This document shows positions 1 to 13,811 of a stretch of DNA of 64,000 nt, piece by piece. Made by a program: the position numbers and the translations under genes. Where the stretch lies: positions 48,856,001-48,920,000 of the forward strand of contig OX597815.1 in NCBI GenBank assembly GCA_951406725.2. Direction: 5' to 3'. The first letter of the stretch is position 1, and each line of letters starts with the position of its first letter. The DNA comes from Octopus vulgaris (Eukaryota). The notes beneath the pieces were generated by a model. It was given only the letters and a program-made list of their open reading frames with translations. It was not told where the DNA came from and made no database searches.

Positions 1-87
1 ACGTTGTGAGTTCAAATGCCGCCGAGGTCGACTTTGGTTTTGCCCTTTTTAGAATTGATAAAGTAACTACCGGTCAAGCACTGGAGA

Positions 88-320
88 TAAAGTAAAGGTA
101 AAGTTACCTTCTCGAATCTACCGACTCATCAGGGCCGGTTTACCGGTTGCCATAGTGTATATAAATTTCCCACCGTAGGATTACTCAATTTTGCCAGCTG
201 AGTGGACTGGAGCAACGAGAAATGAAGTGTTTTGTTCAAGAACACAACGCATCGCCCGGTCCAGGAATCGAAACCACAACATGAGACCAACATCCTAACC
301 ACTAAGCCACGTGCTTCCAA
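88..320 (-). mobile_element. tRNA-derived SINE, head type B with RTE-like tail (B2)
   Basis: Minus strand: A-box TGGCTTAGTGG, B-box GGTTTCGATTCC, body TTGCTCCAGTCCACTCAGCTGGCAAAA, then ATGAGTCGG stem-loop and (TTTACC)-like tail. A second copy lies directly adjacent. Confidence 0.85.
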
Positions 321-321
321 T

Positions 322-549
322 AAAAGGTAAAGTTACCTTTTCGAGTCATGCCGACTCATAAGGTCGGTTTCAATGACGTATATATTCCCCACCTGGACGG
401 GACGCCGATCCGTCGCAGGATTACTCATTTTTGCCAGCGGGTTGGACTGGAGCAACGTGGAATGAAGTGCTTCCTCGGTCCAGGAATAGAAACCACATTC
501 TTACAATCATGAGTCCAACACCCTAACCACAAAGCCACTCGCCTCCACA
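322..549 (-). mobile_element. tRNA-derived SINE B2, second tandem copy
   Basis: Homologous to 88-320. The tail hairpin is GAGTC-GGCAT-GACTC followed by AGGTAACTTTACCTTT. Confidence 0.85.
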
Positions 550-607
550 CTAAGGGGAGGGAGATAAAATAAGTACCAGTGAAATACTGGGGAAGTCAAA
601 TGATATC

Positions 608-834
608 TATTTCTTTACTACCCACAAGGGGCTAAACATAGAGGGGACAAACAAGGACAGACAAATGGATTAAGTCGATTACATCGACCCCAGTGCGTAA
701 CTAGTACTTAATTTATCGACCCCGAAAGGATGAAAGGTAAAGTCGACCTCGGCGGAATTTGAACCCAGAACGTAACGGCAGACGAAATACGGCTACGCAT
801 TTCGCCGGCGTGCTAACGTTTCTGCCAGCTCGCC
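608..834 (-). mobile_element. SINE type C (C1 tail) nested in an older C copy, 17-bp TSD
   Basis: GGAAGTCAAATGATATC at 591-607 and 835-851. Head is GGCGAGCTGGCAGAAACGTTAGCACG with B-box GGTTCAAATTCC; ends ...AAAGAAATAG. Confidence 0.9.
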
Positions 835-919
835 GGAAGTCAAATGATATCGATTAACCACTACCTCTAAAATTGCTGGCCTTGTGCAAAAATTTGAAAC
901 CATTATTATTACTAAATTA

Positions 920-1460
920 TAGACAGTGAAATGGTAGAAGCATTAGCATGTCGGACAAAAGGCTTAGTGGCATTTCTTCCAGCTTTACGTTCAGCGTTCA
1001 AGTTTCGCCCTGGCCGACTTTGTCCTCCATCCTGTCGGGTTCCACAGTCGACCACTGGGTTCGATGTAATAGACTAGCTGCCTCTCCCAAACTTTCAGGC
1101 CTTGTAGAAAAGATTATTACTACATTATCAGAACCGTTAGAGCAACGGACAAAAAGTCTGGCGCTATTTGTTCCTGTTCTATCAAATTCTGCTAAGCTGA
1201 ACATTGGTTTTCACCTCTCCTGAGTCATTAAAATAAAGTACCTGTCAAATACTGGTTAGATTTAATCCACTAATCTCGTCCCACAAATTTCAGGCCTCCT
1301 ACCTATGTTAGAAACAATTATTATGGATAAAAGCAGATAAGTAGAACCGGTAGAGCAACGAGGTAAAAACCGTGTGTCACTTTAAATTCCAAATTCAAAT
1401 CTCAAGTTGGGTGACTTTCCCTTTCGGTTTTTGTGGGATTTTTTTCTTCTAACATTTAGT
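920..1460 (+). mobile_element. Head-to-tail cluster of degenerate SINE C (C2 tail) copies
   Basis: Recurrent GTTCAA/ATCAAATTC B-box region, AAGTACC...CTGG core and CAGGCCTTGT...GATTATT tail at about 200-bp spacing. Confidence 0.7.
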
Positions 1461-1656
1461 AAGTGGGGAGGGTCGTATCCACGACGATTTTCAGGGATTC
1501 CGAGAATAGAAGGGGAGAAGAAGGTAAGTTCAATCAAAAGACGTTGTTCGAATCCTTGTAACAGAATGGACTTCGTCAAAAGAAACCCGATAACCAAGAA
1601 ATGCTGTTAAACCGGAAAAATGATAACGGGCGATCACTGAGTCAAATGGATTGACC

Positions 1657-2026
1657 GTGGGTAATAAAGAAATAGATATTTCGTCTGCCGCTACGTTCTG
1701 AGTTCAAATTCCGCCGAGGTCAACTTTGCCTTTCATCCTTTCGGGGTCGATTAAATAAGTACCAGTTACGCTCTGGGTTCGATGTAATCGACTTAATCCG
1801 TTTGTCTGTCCTTGTTTGTCCCCTCTGTGTTTAGCCCCTTGTGGGTAGTAAAGAAATAGGTATTTCGTCTGCCGCTACGTTCTAAGTTCAAATTCCGCCG
1901 AGGTCGACTTCACCTTTCATCCTTTCGGGGTCGATAAATTAAATACCAGTTACGCACTAAGGTTGATGTAATCGACTTAATTTTCTTGTTTGTACCCTAG
2001 CCCCTTGTGGGCAATAATGAAATAAG
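1657..2026 (+). mobile_element. Tandem, permuted array of 5'-truncated SINE C1 units
   Basis: A 3' remnant (1657-1675) is followed by unit 1 (1676-1859) and unit 2 (1860-2026). Both junctions read AAAGAAATAG|RTATTTCGTCTGCCGCTACG. Confidence 0.85.
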
Positions 2027-2460
2027 GATCGTCAGAGCAACTGATAAAATATCGCGTGGTTTTTGTCCCGGCTCTTTACGATCTCAGTTCGATTACCGAC
2101 GAGTTTAACTTTGCTTTTTATCCTTGTGGTTGCGATAAAATAAACTACCATTGAAACACAGTAATCGATTTCCTCCTCCCCTGAAAGACAAGAATATAAA
2201 AAATGAAAAAAATTTGTTGGCCCCCGTGCCAAAATTTGAAACCAAAAGCAGTGAGCAGGTAGAACTGATAGCATACTGAACAAAAAGTTTTGCGCCATTT
2301 CATTCGTCTTTGTGTTCTGGGTTCAAATCCCGCTGAAGTCCACTTTGCCTTTCTTTTTTTCTTGGTGTCGATCAAATCAGTACCAGTTGAGAACTGGAGT
2401 TGATGCAATCGACTAGGCTCCTCCTCCAAAATTCCAGGCCTTGTGCCTTTAGTAGAAATG

Positions 2461-2578
<118 letters not shown>

Positions 2579-3052
2579 AGTGAGAGAGCAGTTCATGCCA
2601 TCAAAGTGACACTGGGGTAAAATATACGAAGCCCAATATACCCATAATGACTACCCGTCTGATAAAGGTACACCAGGCACATGCATCACAACCATATGTG
2701 CGCGACATGGTGATCTCGTATCAAGATAAACAGCACATGACCTTGCAGGTGGGGCCCAGTTAGAATTTTCTTCAGGTTGAGTAGCCCATCCTGCTCAAAC
2801 GGTCCCTGAATAAGGGTTGTTTAAGGATGTTGAAAGAACCACCCATGTTTCCAGAGGTGAACTATTCAAACCCCAAAGAATCCCTCTCAACACATGGCTA
2901 TGATGCTCCCCCACTACTTCTGCTCGTGATCAGAGATGCACATATCGTCAGCCACTAAGGGACATGCTCAACTGGTTAAGGTCAAACAACTGACAAGCAA
3001 ATCTGTGGTATTGAGCAGAATATTTGCTGTAGCCCATCTTTTATACCAAGAC
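2579..3052. mobile_element. ~470-bp complex insert inside an (ATT)n array; probable non-autonomous retroelement
   Basis: Balanced-GC, non-coding block flanked on both sides by ATT/ACT arrays. No credible ORF or terminal inverted repeat (TIR) seen. Confidence 0.5.
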
Positions 3053-3058
3053 TATTAT

Positions 3059-3108
<50 letters not shown>

Positions 3109-3126
3109 TTATTATTATTATTATTC

Positions 3127-3170
<44 letters not shown>

Positions 3171-3172
<2 letters not shown>

Positions 3173-3585
3173 GGCGGCGAACTGGCAGAATCGTTAGCAC
3201 GCGGGGCGAATTGCTTTGCGGCATTTCGTCTGTCTACATGTTCTGAGTTCAAATTCCGCCGAGGTCGACTTTGCTTTTCATTCTTTCTGGGTCAATGAAT
3301 TAAGTAGCAGTTGAGCATTGAGGTCGATGTAACCTGCTAGACCCTTCCCAGGGTAATTTCAGGCTTTGTAAAAATGGATAATTATCGGTATTAAGTCAGC
3401 GAGCTGGTAGAATAATTAATAGACGGGACAAAAATGCATCGTAATATTTCTTCCGGTATAACGCTTTAAGTACAAATACCGGCGAGATCGAATTAAAATT
3501 AAAATGTCACTTAAGTACTGGGATCGATTATTCGACCAGCATCCTCCACCAAAATCTCAAGCCTTGTGGCTATAGTGGAAAAAAT
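3171..3585 (+). mobile_element. SINE C2 copies starting directly at the end of an (ATT)n array
   Basis: (ATT)n|AAGGCGGCGAACTGGCAGAATCGTTAGCACG, B-box GAGTTCAAATTCC, followed by a second degenerate copy. Confidence 0.85.
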
Positions 3586-3955
3586 GGTGGCTGTGTGGTA
3601 AGTAGCTTGTTTACCAACCACATGGTTCCGGGTTCAGTCCCACTGCGTGGCACCTTGGGCAAGTGTCTTCTACTATAGCCTCGGGCCGACCAAAGCCCTG
3701 TGAGTGGATTTGGTAGACGGAAACTGAAAGAAGCCCGTCGTATATATGTATATATATATGAGTGTGTGTGTGTGTCTGTGTTTGTCCCCCTAGCATTGCT
3801 TGACAACCGATGCTGGTGTGTTTACGTCCCCGTAAGTTAGCGGTTCGGCAAAAGAGACCGATAGAATAAGTACTGAGCGAGTTGCTCGATTAAAGGCGGT
3901 GCTCCAGCATGGCCGCAGTCAAATGACTGAAACAAGTAAAAGAGTAAAAGAGTAA
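3586..3955 (+). mobile_element. SINE type A (tRNA head, internal microsatellite, tail module)
   Basis: A-box TGGCTGTGTGG, B-box GGTTCAGTCCC, CCTTGGGCAAGTG, (TA/TG) spacer, tail ending CAGTCAAATGACTGAAACAAG(TAAAAGAG)n. Confidence 0.92.
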
Positions 3956-3964
3956 TGGTATAAA

Positions 3965-4600
3965 GGATTAGATAAGCGGCAGAATCGGTAGGGTATCGGA
4001 CAAAAAGCAGTAGAATTTAGTAACATACGTTGAGTTCTGAATTCAAATGCTGCCAAGATAGACCGGCCTGGTATTTTTAGGGATCAGTTAGTTTAAATTA
4101 TCAATCAATACAGTCCTGAAGAATTGATACATAACTAGTTCCACTCCTCTCTTCCCGCAAAATGGCGAACTTTTTGCTTTTGACAGCATTCAATCGTTAG
4201 CACGCGGGGCAAAATGCCTAGCGGCCTTTTGTCCGTCTTTACTTTCTGAGTTCAAATTCCGGCAGGATCGGCTTTTACTTTTCATTCTTTGTGGGGTCGA
4301 TAAATTAAGTACCAGTTACGTACTGGGGTCGAAGTAATTGACTTGTCCCCTTCCCCAAAATTTCAGACCTTGTGCCTTTAGTAAAAAAAGATTATTATTG
4401 GTAGAACCGTTAGCACGCCGGGCAAAATGCTTGCGGCATTTCGTCCGTCTTAACGTCCTGAGTTCAAGTTCTGCCGGGGTCGACTTTGCCTTTCATCCTT
4501 TCAGGGATGGATAGAATAAGTACTAGTTTAACACTGAGGTGGTCGATGTAATCGACTTAGCCTTACTCCGAAATTTCAGGCAACAATATTATTATTGTTA
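3965..4600 (+). mobile_element. Further head-to-tail SINE C2 copies
   Basis: Three units with the CGTTAGCACG/GAGTTCAAATT/GGTCGA motifs and ATT-type tails. Confidence 0.75.
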
Positions 4601-4667
4601 TTGACATTGAAAACGGGATACTGAAAACTGGACGTCTGAATATATCAGTGTGCATGTGCGTGCGTGC

Positions 4668-4716
<49 letters not shown>

Positions 4717-4856
4717 TGTGTGTGCTTGTGTGTGAAGCGAGAGCTGACGATATTAATACGTCTGTACATTCCACTTTCATTTGAAATTCGCGAAGTATAA
4801 AGAAAAAAAATGGAAATATGAAGCTTTTGCTACAGTTTTTTTTTTGCTGCTGCAGC

Positions 4857-4890
4857 CATTTATTATTATTACTATTATTATTATTATTAC

Positions 4891-4944
<54 letters not shown>

Positions 4945-5014
4945 CATCATCATCATCATTATTATTATTATTAATATTATTATTATTACTATTATTATTA
5001 TTATTATTATTATT

Positions 5015-5054
<40 letters not shown>

Positions 5055-5075
5055 TTGTTGTTGTTGTCGTCGTCG

Positions 5076-5125
<50 letters not shown>
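4857..5125. repeat. Compound trinucleotide microsatellite (ATT/ATC/GTT/GTC)
   Basis: Read directly from the sequence. It produces the poly-I/L/V/T pseudo-ORFs. Confidence 0.95.
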
Positions 5126-5759
5126 TCAATAGTTTGCAAGAGGTGTAAACCAATTAGATTGAATGAATACGCTTATGTAGATACATGTCTGATAATGTAT
5201 GCATGTATGTATGCATGTATGTATGTATGTATGTATGTATGTATGTATGTATGTAGTTGTGTGTATGTATGTTTGTATGTATGTAGTTGTGTGTATGTAT
5301 TTATGTGTGTATGTATATGTATGAATGTATGTAGGCGTGTGTTTATGTATGCATGTGTGCATGTATGTATATAGGTAGGTAGCTAGGTGTGTGTGTATAT
5401 ATGTATGTATATATGTGTATATATATACATATATATATGTATGTATGTATGTATCTATGTATGTATGTATGTATGTATGTATGTGTATGTATGGATGTAT
5501 GTTTGTATATATGCATGTATGCATATATGAATGTATGTCAGCATGTATGTGTGTAGGTGAGTGTGTGCGTATGTTTGTATGCTTGTATAATTGTATGTAG
5601 GCACGTATGTGTGCATGGATGTATGTATGTGTGCATGTATCTATCTACGCATACATGTATGTATGTATGTATGTATGTATGTAGGTAGGTAGGTGTATTG
5701 TGTTTGTTTCGATATATGCATGTCGAATTAAGCGCGCATATGCACATACGTGTATGTAT

Positions 5760-6170
5760 GTGATCGCGTGTAAGCAATTTGCTTTCCGATCACATCATAC
5801 CGGGTTCAGTTCCGCGGCATGGCACCTTAGGCAAGTATCATCTACCATAGCCTAGAGTAGACCAAAACCTTGTGAATGGATTGGTTGACGGAAACTGAAA
5901 GAAGCCTGTGGTATATATGTATATGTGTGTGTGTGCGTGTGTGTGTGTGTGTGTATGTTTGTGTGTCTGTATATGTTTGTGTGTGTATATGTTTGTGTGA
6001 GGCTTGACAACCAATGCTGGTGTGTTTACGTCTCCGTAACTTAGCGGTTCGGCAACAGAGACCGATAGAATAAGTACTAGGCTTACAAAGAATACGTCCT
6101 GGGGTCGATTTGCTCGACTAAAGGCGGTGCCCCAGCATGGACTCTGTCTAATGACTGAAACAAGTAAAAA
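5760..6170 (+). mobile_element. SINE A
   Basis: Same head, spacer and tail as 3586-3955, but more diverged. Confidence 0.88.
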
Positions 6171-6252
6171 ATATGAATATACAAACACATATATATTTAT
6201 ATATCTACATGTATGTACATACATACATACATACATACACATACATATGTGC

Positions 6253-6303
<51 letters not shown>

Positions 6304-6544
6304 CATATACGTAAATATACATATATTTACATATATATAATATATATAAATATACATATATATATGCGTGCGTGTGTGTTTGCGTGTGTGTGTAAGCATA
6401 GGCACGTTGGACTTCTTTCAGTTCTACCTACAAAATCCATTCACAAGGCTTTGGTCAGCCCGGGACTAAAACAGAAGACACTGGCCCGAGATGCCACGCA
6501 GTGAGATTGAACTCGGAACCACGTGGATGGGAAGCAAACTTCTT

Positions 6545-7086
6545 GTACATACATACATACATACATACATACACATGCATTCACACATATATGTGCATGT
6601 ATGTAGTAAGTATGTGTGTATGTATGTATGCATGTATGTATGTGTTTGTGTGCGTGTGTATGTATATCACACGCACACACATGCAGCGCATGTATATTTT
6701 TAAATATGTACACACGCGCGTGCATACAAACATACATACATACATGCAAACATACATGCATGCATAAATACGTATATGTGTGTGTGTGTGTTTGTGTATG
6801 TATACATACTTATATATGTGTGTATGTGCGGCGGCTTAAATACAGAAATACACATTGAGAAACAGATAAAAATGCATATACATGCACACATGCATATAAC
6901 AACGCACACATGCATAAATACATCGATGTTTCCATGGTTGTATATCTGGACGGATGGATGATACAGGAGTGGAACAGATTCAATAAACGAACGTATTTAG
7001 GCGCAATATTTTGCTTTTTCTTAGAGTTGTGTGTGTGTGTGTTAGTGTCTGTGAGAGAGTGCATATGCATATTTGTATACATATGC

Positions 7087-7127
<41 letters not shown>

Positions 7128-7169
7128 CATACGTGTATGTGTACGGAAGCATGTACATGCATATACGTA

Positions 7170-7205
<36 letters not shown>

Positions 7206-7258
7206 TAGATAGATAGATAGATATATACGTATGCATGTATACATATACATATACGGGC

Positions 7259-7310
<52 letters not shown>

Positions 7311-7773
7311 GCATACATATACGTACATACGTACATATACACACATGTCTAAATAGATATACATATATGCATATATATATAAATATGTGTGTATGTATAT
7401 ATGTATATATATATGTATGTATATATATTTATGTATGTATATATATATATGTATATATGTATATATGTGTGTATGTATGTATGTATGTATGTATGTATGT
7501 ATGTATGTATGTGCGTATGTATGTATACGTATGTATGTGTGTATGTATGTACGTATGTATGTATACGTATGTATGTGTGTATGTATGTATGTATGTGCGT
7601 ATGTATGTATACGTATGTATGTGTGTATGTATGTATATATTTATATTCACAGAAAGAGAGAAAATGAAGGAGGGAGAGAGACAGAGAGAAAGGAAGAAAG
7701 ACAAAAGAGAAAAGAAAGACAGAAATAAAGAGGAAAGAAAAGGGAAGAAGGGAAAAAAGTAAGAAAAAAGAAG

Positions 7774-7852
<79 letters not shown>

Positions 7853-7892
7853 CACACACACATATATATATATATAAATATATATATACATA

Positions 7893-7950
<58 letters not shown>

Positions 7951-7971
7951 TATATATATATATATATATAT

Positions 7972-8044
<73 letters not shown>
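6545..8044. repeat. Compound TA/TATG/CA/GATA microsatellite field
   Basis: Read directly from the sequence. It is representative of many similar fields across the window. Confidence 0.9.
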
Positions 8045-8047
<3 letters not shown>

Positions 8048-8450
8048 TGTGTGGTAAGTAGCTTGCTAACCAACCACATGGTTCCGGGTTCAGTCCCACT
8101 GTGTGGCATCTTCGGCAAGTGTCTTCTGCTATAGCCCCGGGCCGACCAATGCCTTGTGAGTGGATTTGGTAGACGGAAACTGAAAGAAACCTGTCGTATA
8201 TATGTATATATATATATATGTGTGTGTTTGTGTGTCTGTGTTTGTCCCCCTAGCATCGCTTGACAACCGATGCTGGTGTGTTTACGTCCCCGTCACCTAG
8301 CGGTTCGGCAAAAAGAGACCGATAGAATAAGTACTGGGCTTACAAAGAATAAGTCCCGGGGTCGAGTTGCTCGATTAAAGGCGGTGCTCCAGCATCGCCG
8401 CAGTCAAATGACTGAAACAAGTAAAAGAGAAAAAGAGAAAGAGAAAAAGA
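8045..8450 (+). mobile_element. SINE A, well-preserved copy
   Basis: Near-identical to 23519-23936 and 28429-28913. Confidence 0.92.
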
Positions 8451-8958
8451 GAATATATATATATATAAATGAATGTATTTGTATGTATTATCGTCCTATA
8501 CAGAAGTATGAACACGAACCCCGCACCGCGAGATTTCCCCACAACCACTGCTCAGAACTAAATTTGCATTCAACGCATTGTATGTTTAGCAAACATAACA
8601 GCTAATTCTCCCTCAAACCAGAGTGTAAATCTTAGGAAAGACAGTGTGGTCACAACTAGAATATCTTCGATCATATCTCTGCTTAAAGTTGAGCTGGGGG
8701 CATTAAAAAGATCAAAAACAACAACAGCTAGAGCTGATGACAAATGAAGTTTATGTCTAGACGTGTGAGCACACACACACACACACACACACACAACACA
8801 CACACACACACACACACATATATATGCATGCATTATATATATATGTGTGTATATATATATATATACACATATTTATATACATATTATATACATATATTAT
8901 ATATATATTATATAAATACACACACACACATACATACATACATATATATATATATACA

Positions 8959-9013
<55 letters not shown>

Positions 9014-9137
9014 TTCAGGCCAGCGAATTGGTACATATTTACATATAAGTATGTATGTATGCAGGTATGTTAATATATGTATGTGTAGATATGAAACTAT
9101 ATACATGTACACTTTGTACAACTCGCCCCCCACCCCA

Positions 9138-9178
<41 letters not shown>

Positions 9179-9950
9179 AACATATATATTTGCGTGGTGA
9201 GAAGCCTGCTTTCCAAGTACATGGTTCTTGGTTCAGTCCTACAGCGTGGCACCTTGGGCAAGTACCTTCTAGAACAACTATGGGCCGATATGCGTGTGTG
9301 TATATATATATATATATATATGTGTGTTTGTATATATGTATGTATGTGTGTGTGTGTGTGTATTTCTTTGTGTTTGTGTTTGTAACCCCGCTTGACATCC
9401 GGTGTTGGTGTCTTCACCTCCTCGTAAGCTAGTAGTTCGGCCAGGGAACCGATAGAATAAGCACTAGGCGTAAAAAACAGTACTTGCGTTAATTCATTGG
9501 ACTAAAATTTCTTCAATGTGGTGCCCCAGCATGGTCGCTGTTTAATGACTGAAAGAAGTATAACATAAAAGGTGTATGTGTATACCCATCTAGGGACTTG
9601 TGTGTTTGTGTGAGAGAGCACACTCAAACATACACACACACGTGTGGGTGTGCGTCTGTGTGTGTGTGGTGTCAGCATACACATACAATGCATGCATTTG
9701 TGTGTGTGTTTATATGAGTGTGTGTGTGCATTTGTTTGATTGCATGTGTCGGAAGCTGAGAATCGTGGTCGTGGTCGTGGTAGCGGTGGTGGTAATACTA
9801 TATATCTTATGCTTGTATATCTTAGAAACTACTGTACACGTGTGTATAAATACAGGCTTACATGTATGTGTACCGCGGTAAACATACATACATACATACA
9901 TACATAGATACATACATGAGTGTGTATATACATATATATACATCATATGT

Positions 9951-10035
<85 letters not shown>

Positions 10036-10048
10036 CATATATATATAC

Positions 10049-10093
<45 letters not shown>

Positions 10094-10110
10094 CATACAT
10101 ATACATATAT

Positions 10111-10167
<57 letters not shown>

Positions 10168-10514
10168 ACATATGTAACGTAAGTATACGTATGTGTATAT
10201 ATAAACATTCATATCTGCATACACACACGCACGAACTGCGGGCTCACGCTTATGCGTGGTAATTTTTATAAGCACCCGTGTTGTATGTTTGCGCTAGTTT
10301 TAAAAACCGTATTTTTATTGTTGTACTCATTTATGTGCCGTAACTTTACGATTTAATAAGATTTCGATAAAATAAATTTAAAGTGATTTAAGTACTGGGG
10401 GTCGATACGATCGATAAAGTCCCTCATAGCTGCAGCCCCAGCAAGGCCGTATTTCGATGACTGATCAATTTAAACTTTTAAAACCTGCGCGCGTATGTAT
10501 GTGGTCTGTCTGTC

Positions 10515-10566
<52 letters not shown>

Positions 10567-10716
10567 TGTGTGTGTGTGTGTGTGCGTGCGTGTGTATACA
10601 AATGTATGTGCTATGTGCAGGTGCGTGTCTACGTATGGTGGTTAATGTTTACATCTGCGTGTACATAAATCTTATGCTTATATGTGTGTATTGTGAAGTA
10701 TTGTTGTTGAACAATT

Positions 10717-10797
<81 letters not shown>

Positions 10798-10918
10798 TTG
10801 TATACATGTATATATATATATATAGATATTCATACACATATAACTTAAAAGTGATATTCATTTGTTTATATACATGTGTGTATATGTGTGTTCATATATA
10901 TATATGTGTGTGTGTATA

Positions 10919-10964
<46 letters not shown>

Positions 10965-11373
10965 CATTTATTTATATATGTACACTTTATTCATTTACGC
11001 GCGCACACTAATAGATGTATGCATGTACGTATGTATTTTCCATGTGTAAGTAGTGCGTGTGTGAATGAGCCTGTTCGTGTGTGCGCGTGTTTGTACGAGT
11101 TCGTGTTTGTGTTTGTATATGTAAATATATATATATTTTTAAGCATATTTCAAAAACACATTTAAATACAAGAGATCTATTCATTATACTCACAATTCAG
11201 ACACATACATACATATACAAACATACATACATGAACACACATACACACGCACACATACACACGCGCACATATACATATGTCTGAATGATATGTGTTCGTT
11301 GTAAGTTATGTAAGTATCCTTTCTCTATATGCACGTATGTGTTTGTATAAATAAATATACATACATACATACA

Positions 11374-11428
<55 letters not shown>

Positions 11429-11590
11429 TGATACATAGATACATACATACATACACACACACACACATATATACATACATATATATATATATATATACAT
11501 ATATATACATATACATATATATATATACATATATATATACATATATATATTCTTCATACATAAATGTATATATGTATATATATATATATG

Positions 11591-11664
<74 letters not shown>

Positions 11665-11954
11665 TGTATGTATATGAGTCTGTGCGTGCGTGAATGTGCG
11701 CGTGTGTGCGCGCGCACACAGAACTGTGCAATGTTTCTGGGTTTACTGTAATAAACTTACGTGCCTATAGACAACCGGGAGGAATCCTAACATCCTGTTT
11801 TCTGGTAAAAGGGTAACATAGAACTTCCCTTCTGATTCTTTCGCTGCTTTGTTTAAGCAGATGATTGTGTCGGTTTTTAAAAGTGTATTATGTATATTCA
11901 TAAAATATATATTATACGCACATAAGCATACCGAGACTTAATTATACATACATA

Positions 11955-11988
<34 letters not shown>

Positions 11989-12523
11989 TGTTTGTGTGTT
12001 TGTGTGTGTGTGTGTGCGCGTGTGTATGTGTGTGCGTGTGTCTGTGTGTTTTTATTCATGGATCAGTTAGGCGATAGGGGCAGAGTATCATATTCGTAGG
12101 TCCTTCGAGACTGATGAGATAATGTACGTATGCATGTATGTATGTATGTATGTATGTATGTATGTATGTATGTATGTATGTATGTATGTATGTACGTATG
12201 CGTATGTATGTATGTATGTATGTATGTATGTATGTATGTGTGTGTATGCATGTATATGTGTATGTATGTATACACATACATTCATACACATAGACATATG
12301 TGTGTCTCGGTATGTATGTATATATAAACGTATATACATACACACACACACACTCATATAAACACATGTTTATATGTATACACACACACATAAACACATA
12401 TGTATGGATAGATATGAAGTGAAAATACATACATATACTTATGTTCATATGTATATATGTGTGGGTGTCAAGATACATATATATACATCAATGTATGTTT
12501 ATATATATATGTATGCATATATA

Positions 12524-12561
<38 letters not shown>

Positions 12562-12864
12562 TGTATATATGTGTGTATATATAGATATATGTATACACAC
12601 ACACACATACACACACATATATATATAAACATATACACATACACACACATACACACACATACACATACGTATGTATATACATGTAAGTATGTATGTATGT
12701 GCTTAAGCTTAGGATTGAATAAATACTAGGTTATAAAAGTATTGAGATCGATTCAGCCAAGTAAAATTCCTCAAGGCTGTTCCCTAGCATGGCCGCAGTC
12801 TAATGACCGAAGTATGTAAAAAGTAATATATATATACATATATACGTATATATATATATATATA

Positions 12865-12976
12865 TAATCAGCCGAAATTGCGAGGATGATCCGGTTCTTG
12901 ACTGAAGATTGAAGGCTTTGAATGTCCCGTCCGTGTTTTTTGTATCGTCTCCTAAACGTTTTGCATTCTTGTCCCA
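12865..12976 (+). mobile_element. 112-bp dispersed repeat embedded in (TA)n/(TACA)n; possible Penelope-like terminal fragment
   Basis: Near-identical copy at 55111-55222 (TAATCAGCCGAAATTGCGAGG...TTCTTGTCCCA). Confidence 0.65.
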
Positions 12977-12996
12977 TACATACATACATACATACA

Positions 12997-13414
<418 letters not shown>

Positions 13415-13451
13415 TTATATATATATAATAGATAATAAAGCGAATGGTTTG

Positions 13452-13523
13452 CACCTGGTAGCTTACTGGTAAAGCAGTGAGCGTTATGTATACTTTTCTC
13501 GCAGGGTTGCGTGTTCGTTTCCC
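13452..13523 (+). pseudogene. tRNA-like sequence (pseudo-tRNA or isolated SINE head)
   Basis: A-box TAGCTTACTGGTAAAGC, stem GTGAG...CTCGC around a 16-nt loop, B-box-like GTGTTCGTTTCCC, then a T-rich run. No 3' acceptor strand. Confidence 0.5.
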
Positions 13524-13811
13524 TTTTATTTTTCTTTTCCATCTGTGATTTTACTTTTGATCTTCTATATACATGAAGATATTTCCTCCGTCTGACTGTT
13601 TTTCTTTCTACAAAAATGAAGTTACATTGCGGAACATTTATTTTAACGAGTTGTATTTATCACCCGACGAGATACATCTGCACCGCCGGATGCTCCTGAA
13701 CCAGTTGTTGAGTGTCCCACACATGAGGAATCAATGCTAAATGTGACGAAACAATTGTCGTGATTAATGATAAATTCTCGTATATTCCATCTTCCATCTT
13801 TCATTGGCAAA

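Noticed and set aside
100-140. Minus-strand CTGATGAGTCGG resembling a hammerhead core
   Set aside because: The sister copy reads CTTATGAGTCGGCATGACTCGAAA and the stems do not fit hammerhead geometry. It is better explained as an RTE-type 3' stem-loop.
7490-7635. Higher-order ~30-40 bp periodicity in the TATG field
   Set aside because: Explained by slippage duplication of an interrupted microsatellite, with no sign of function.
8590-8747. 51-codon open frame after TTTAG in unique sequence
   Set aside because: The acceptor is weak, there is no recognisable homology, and the length is attainable by chance.
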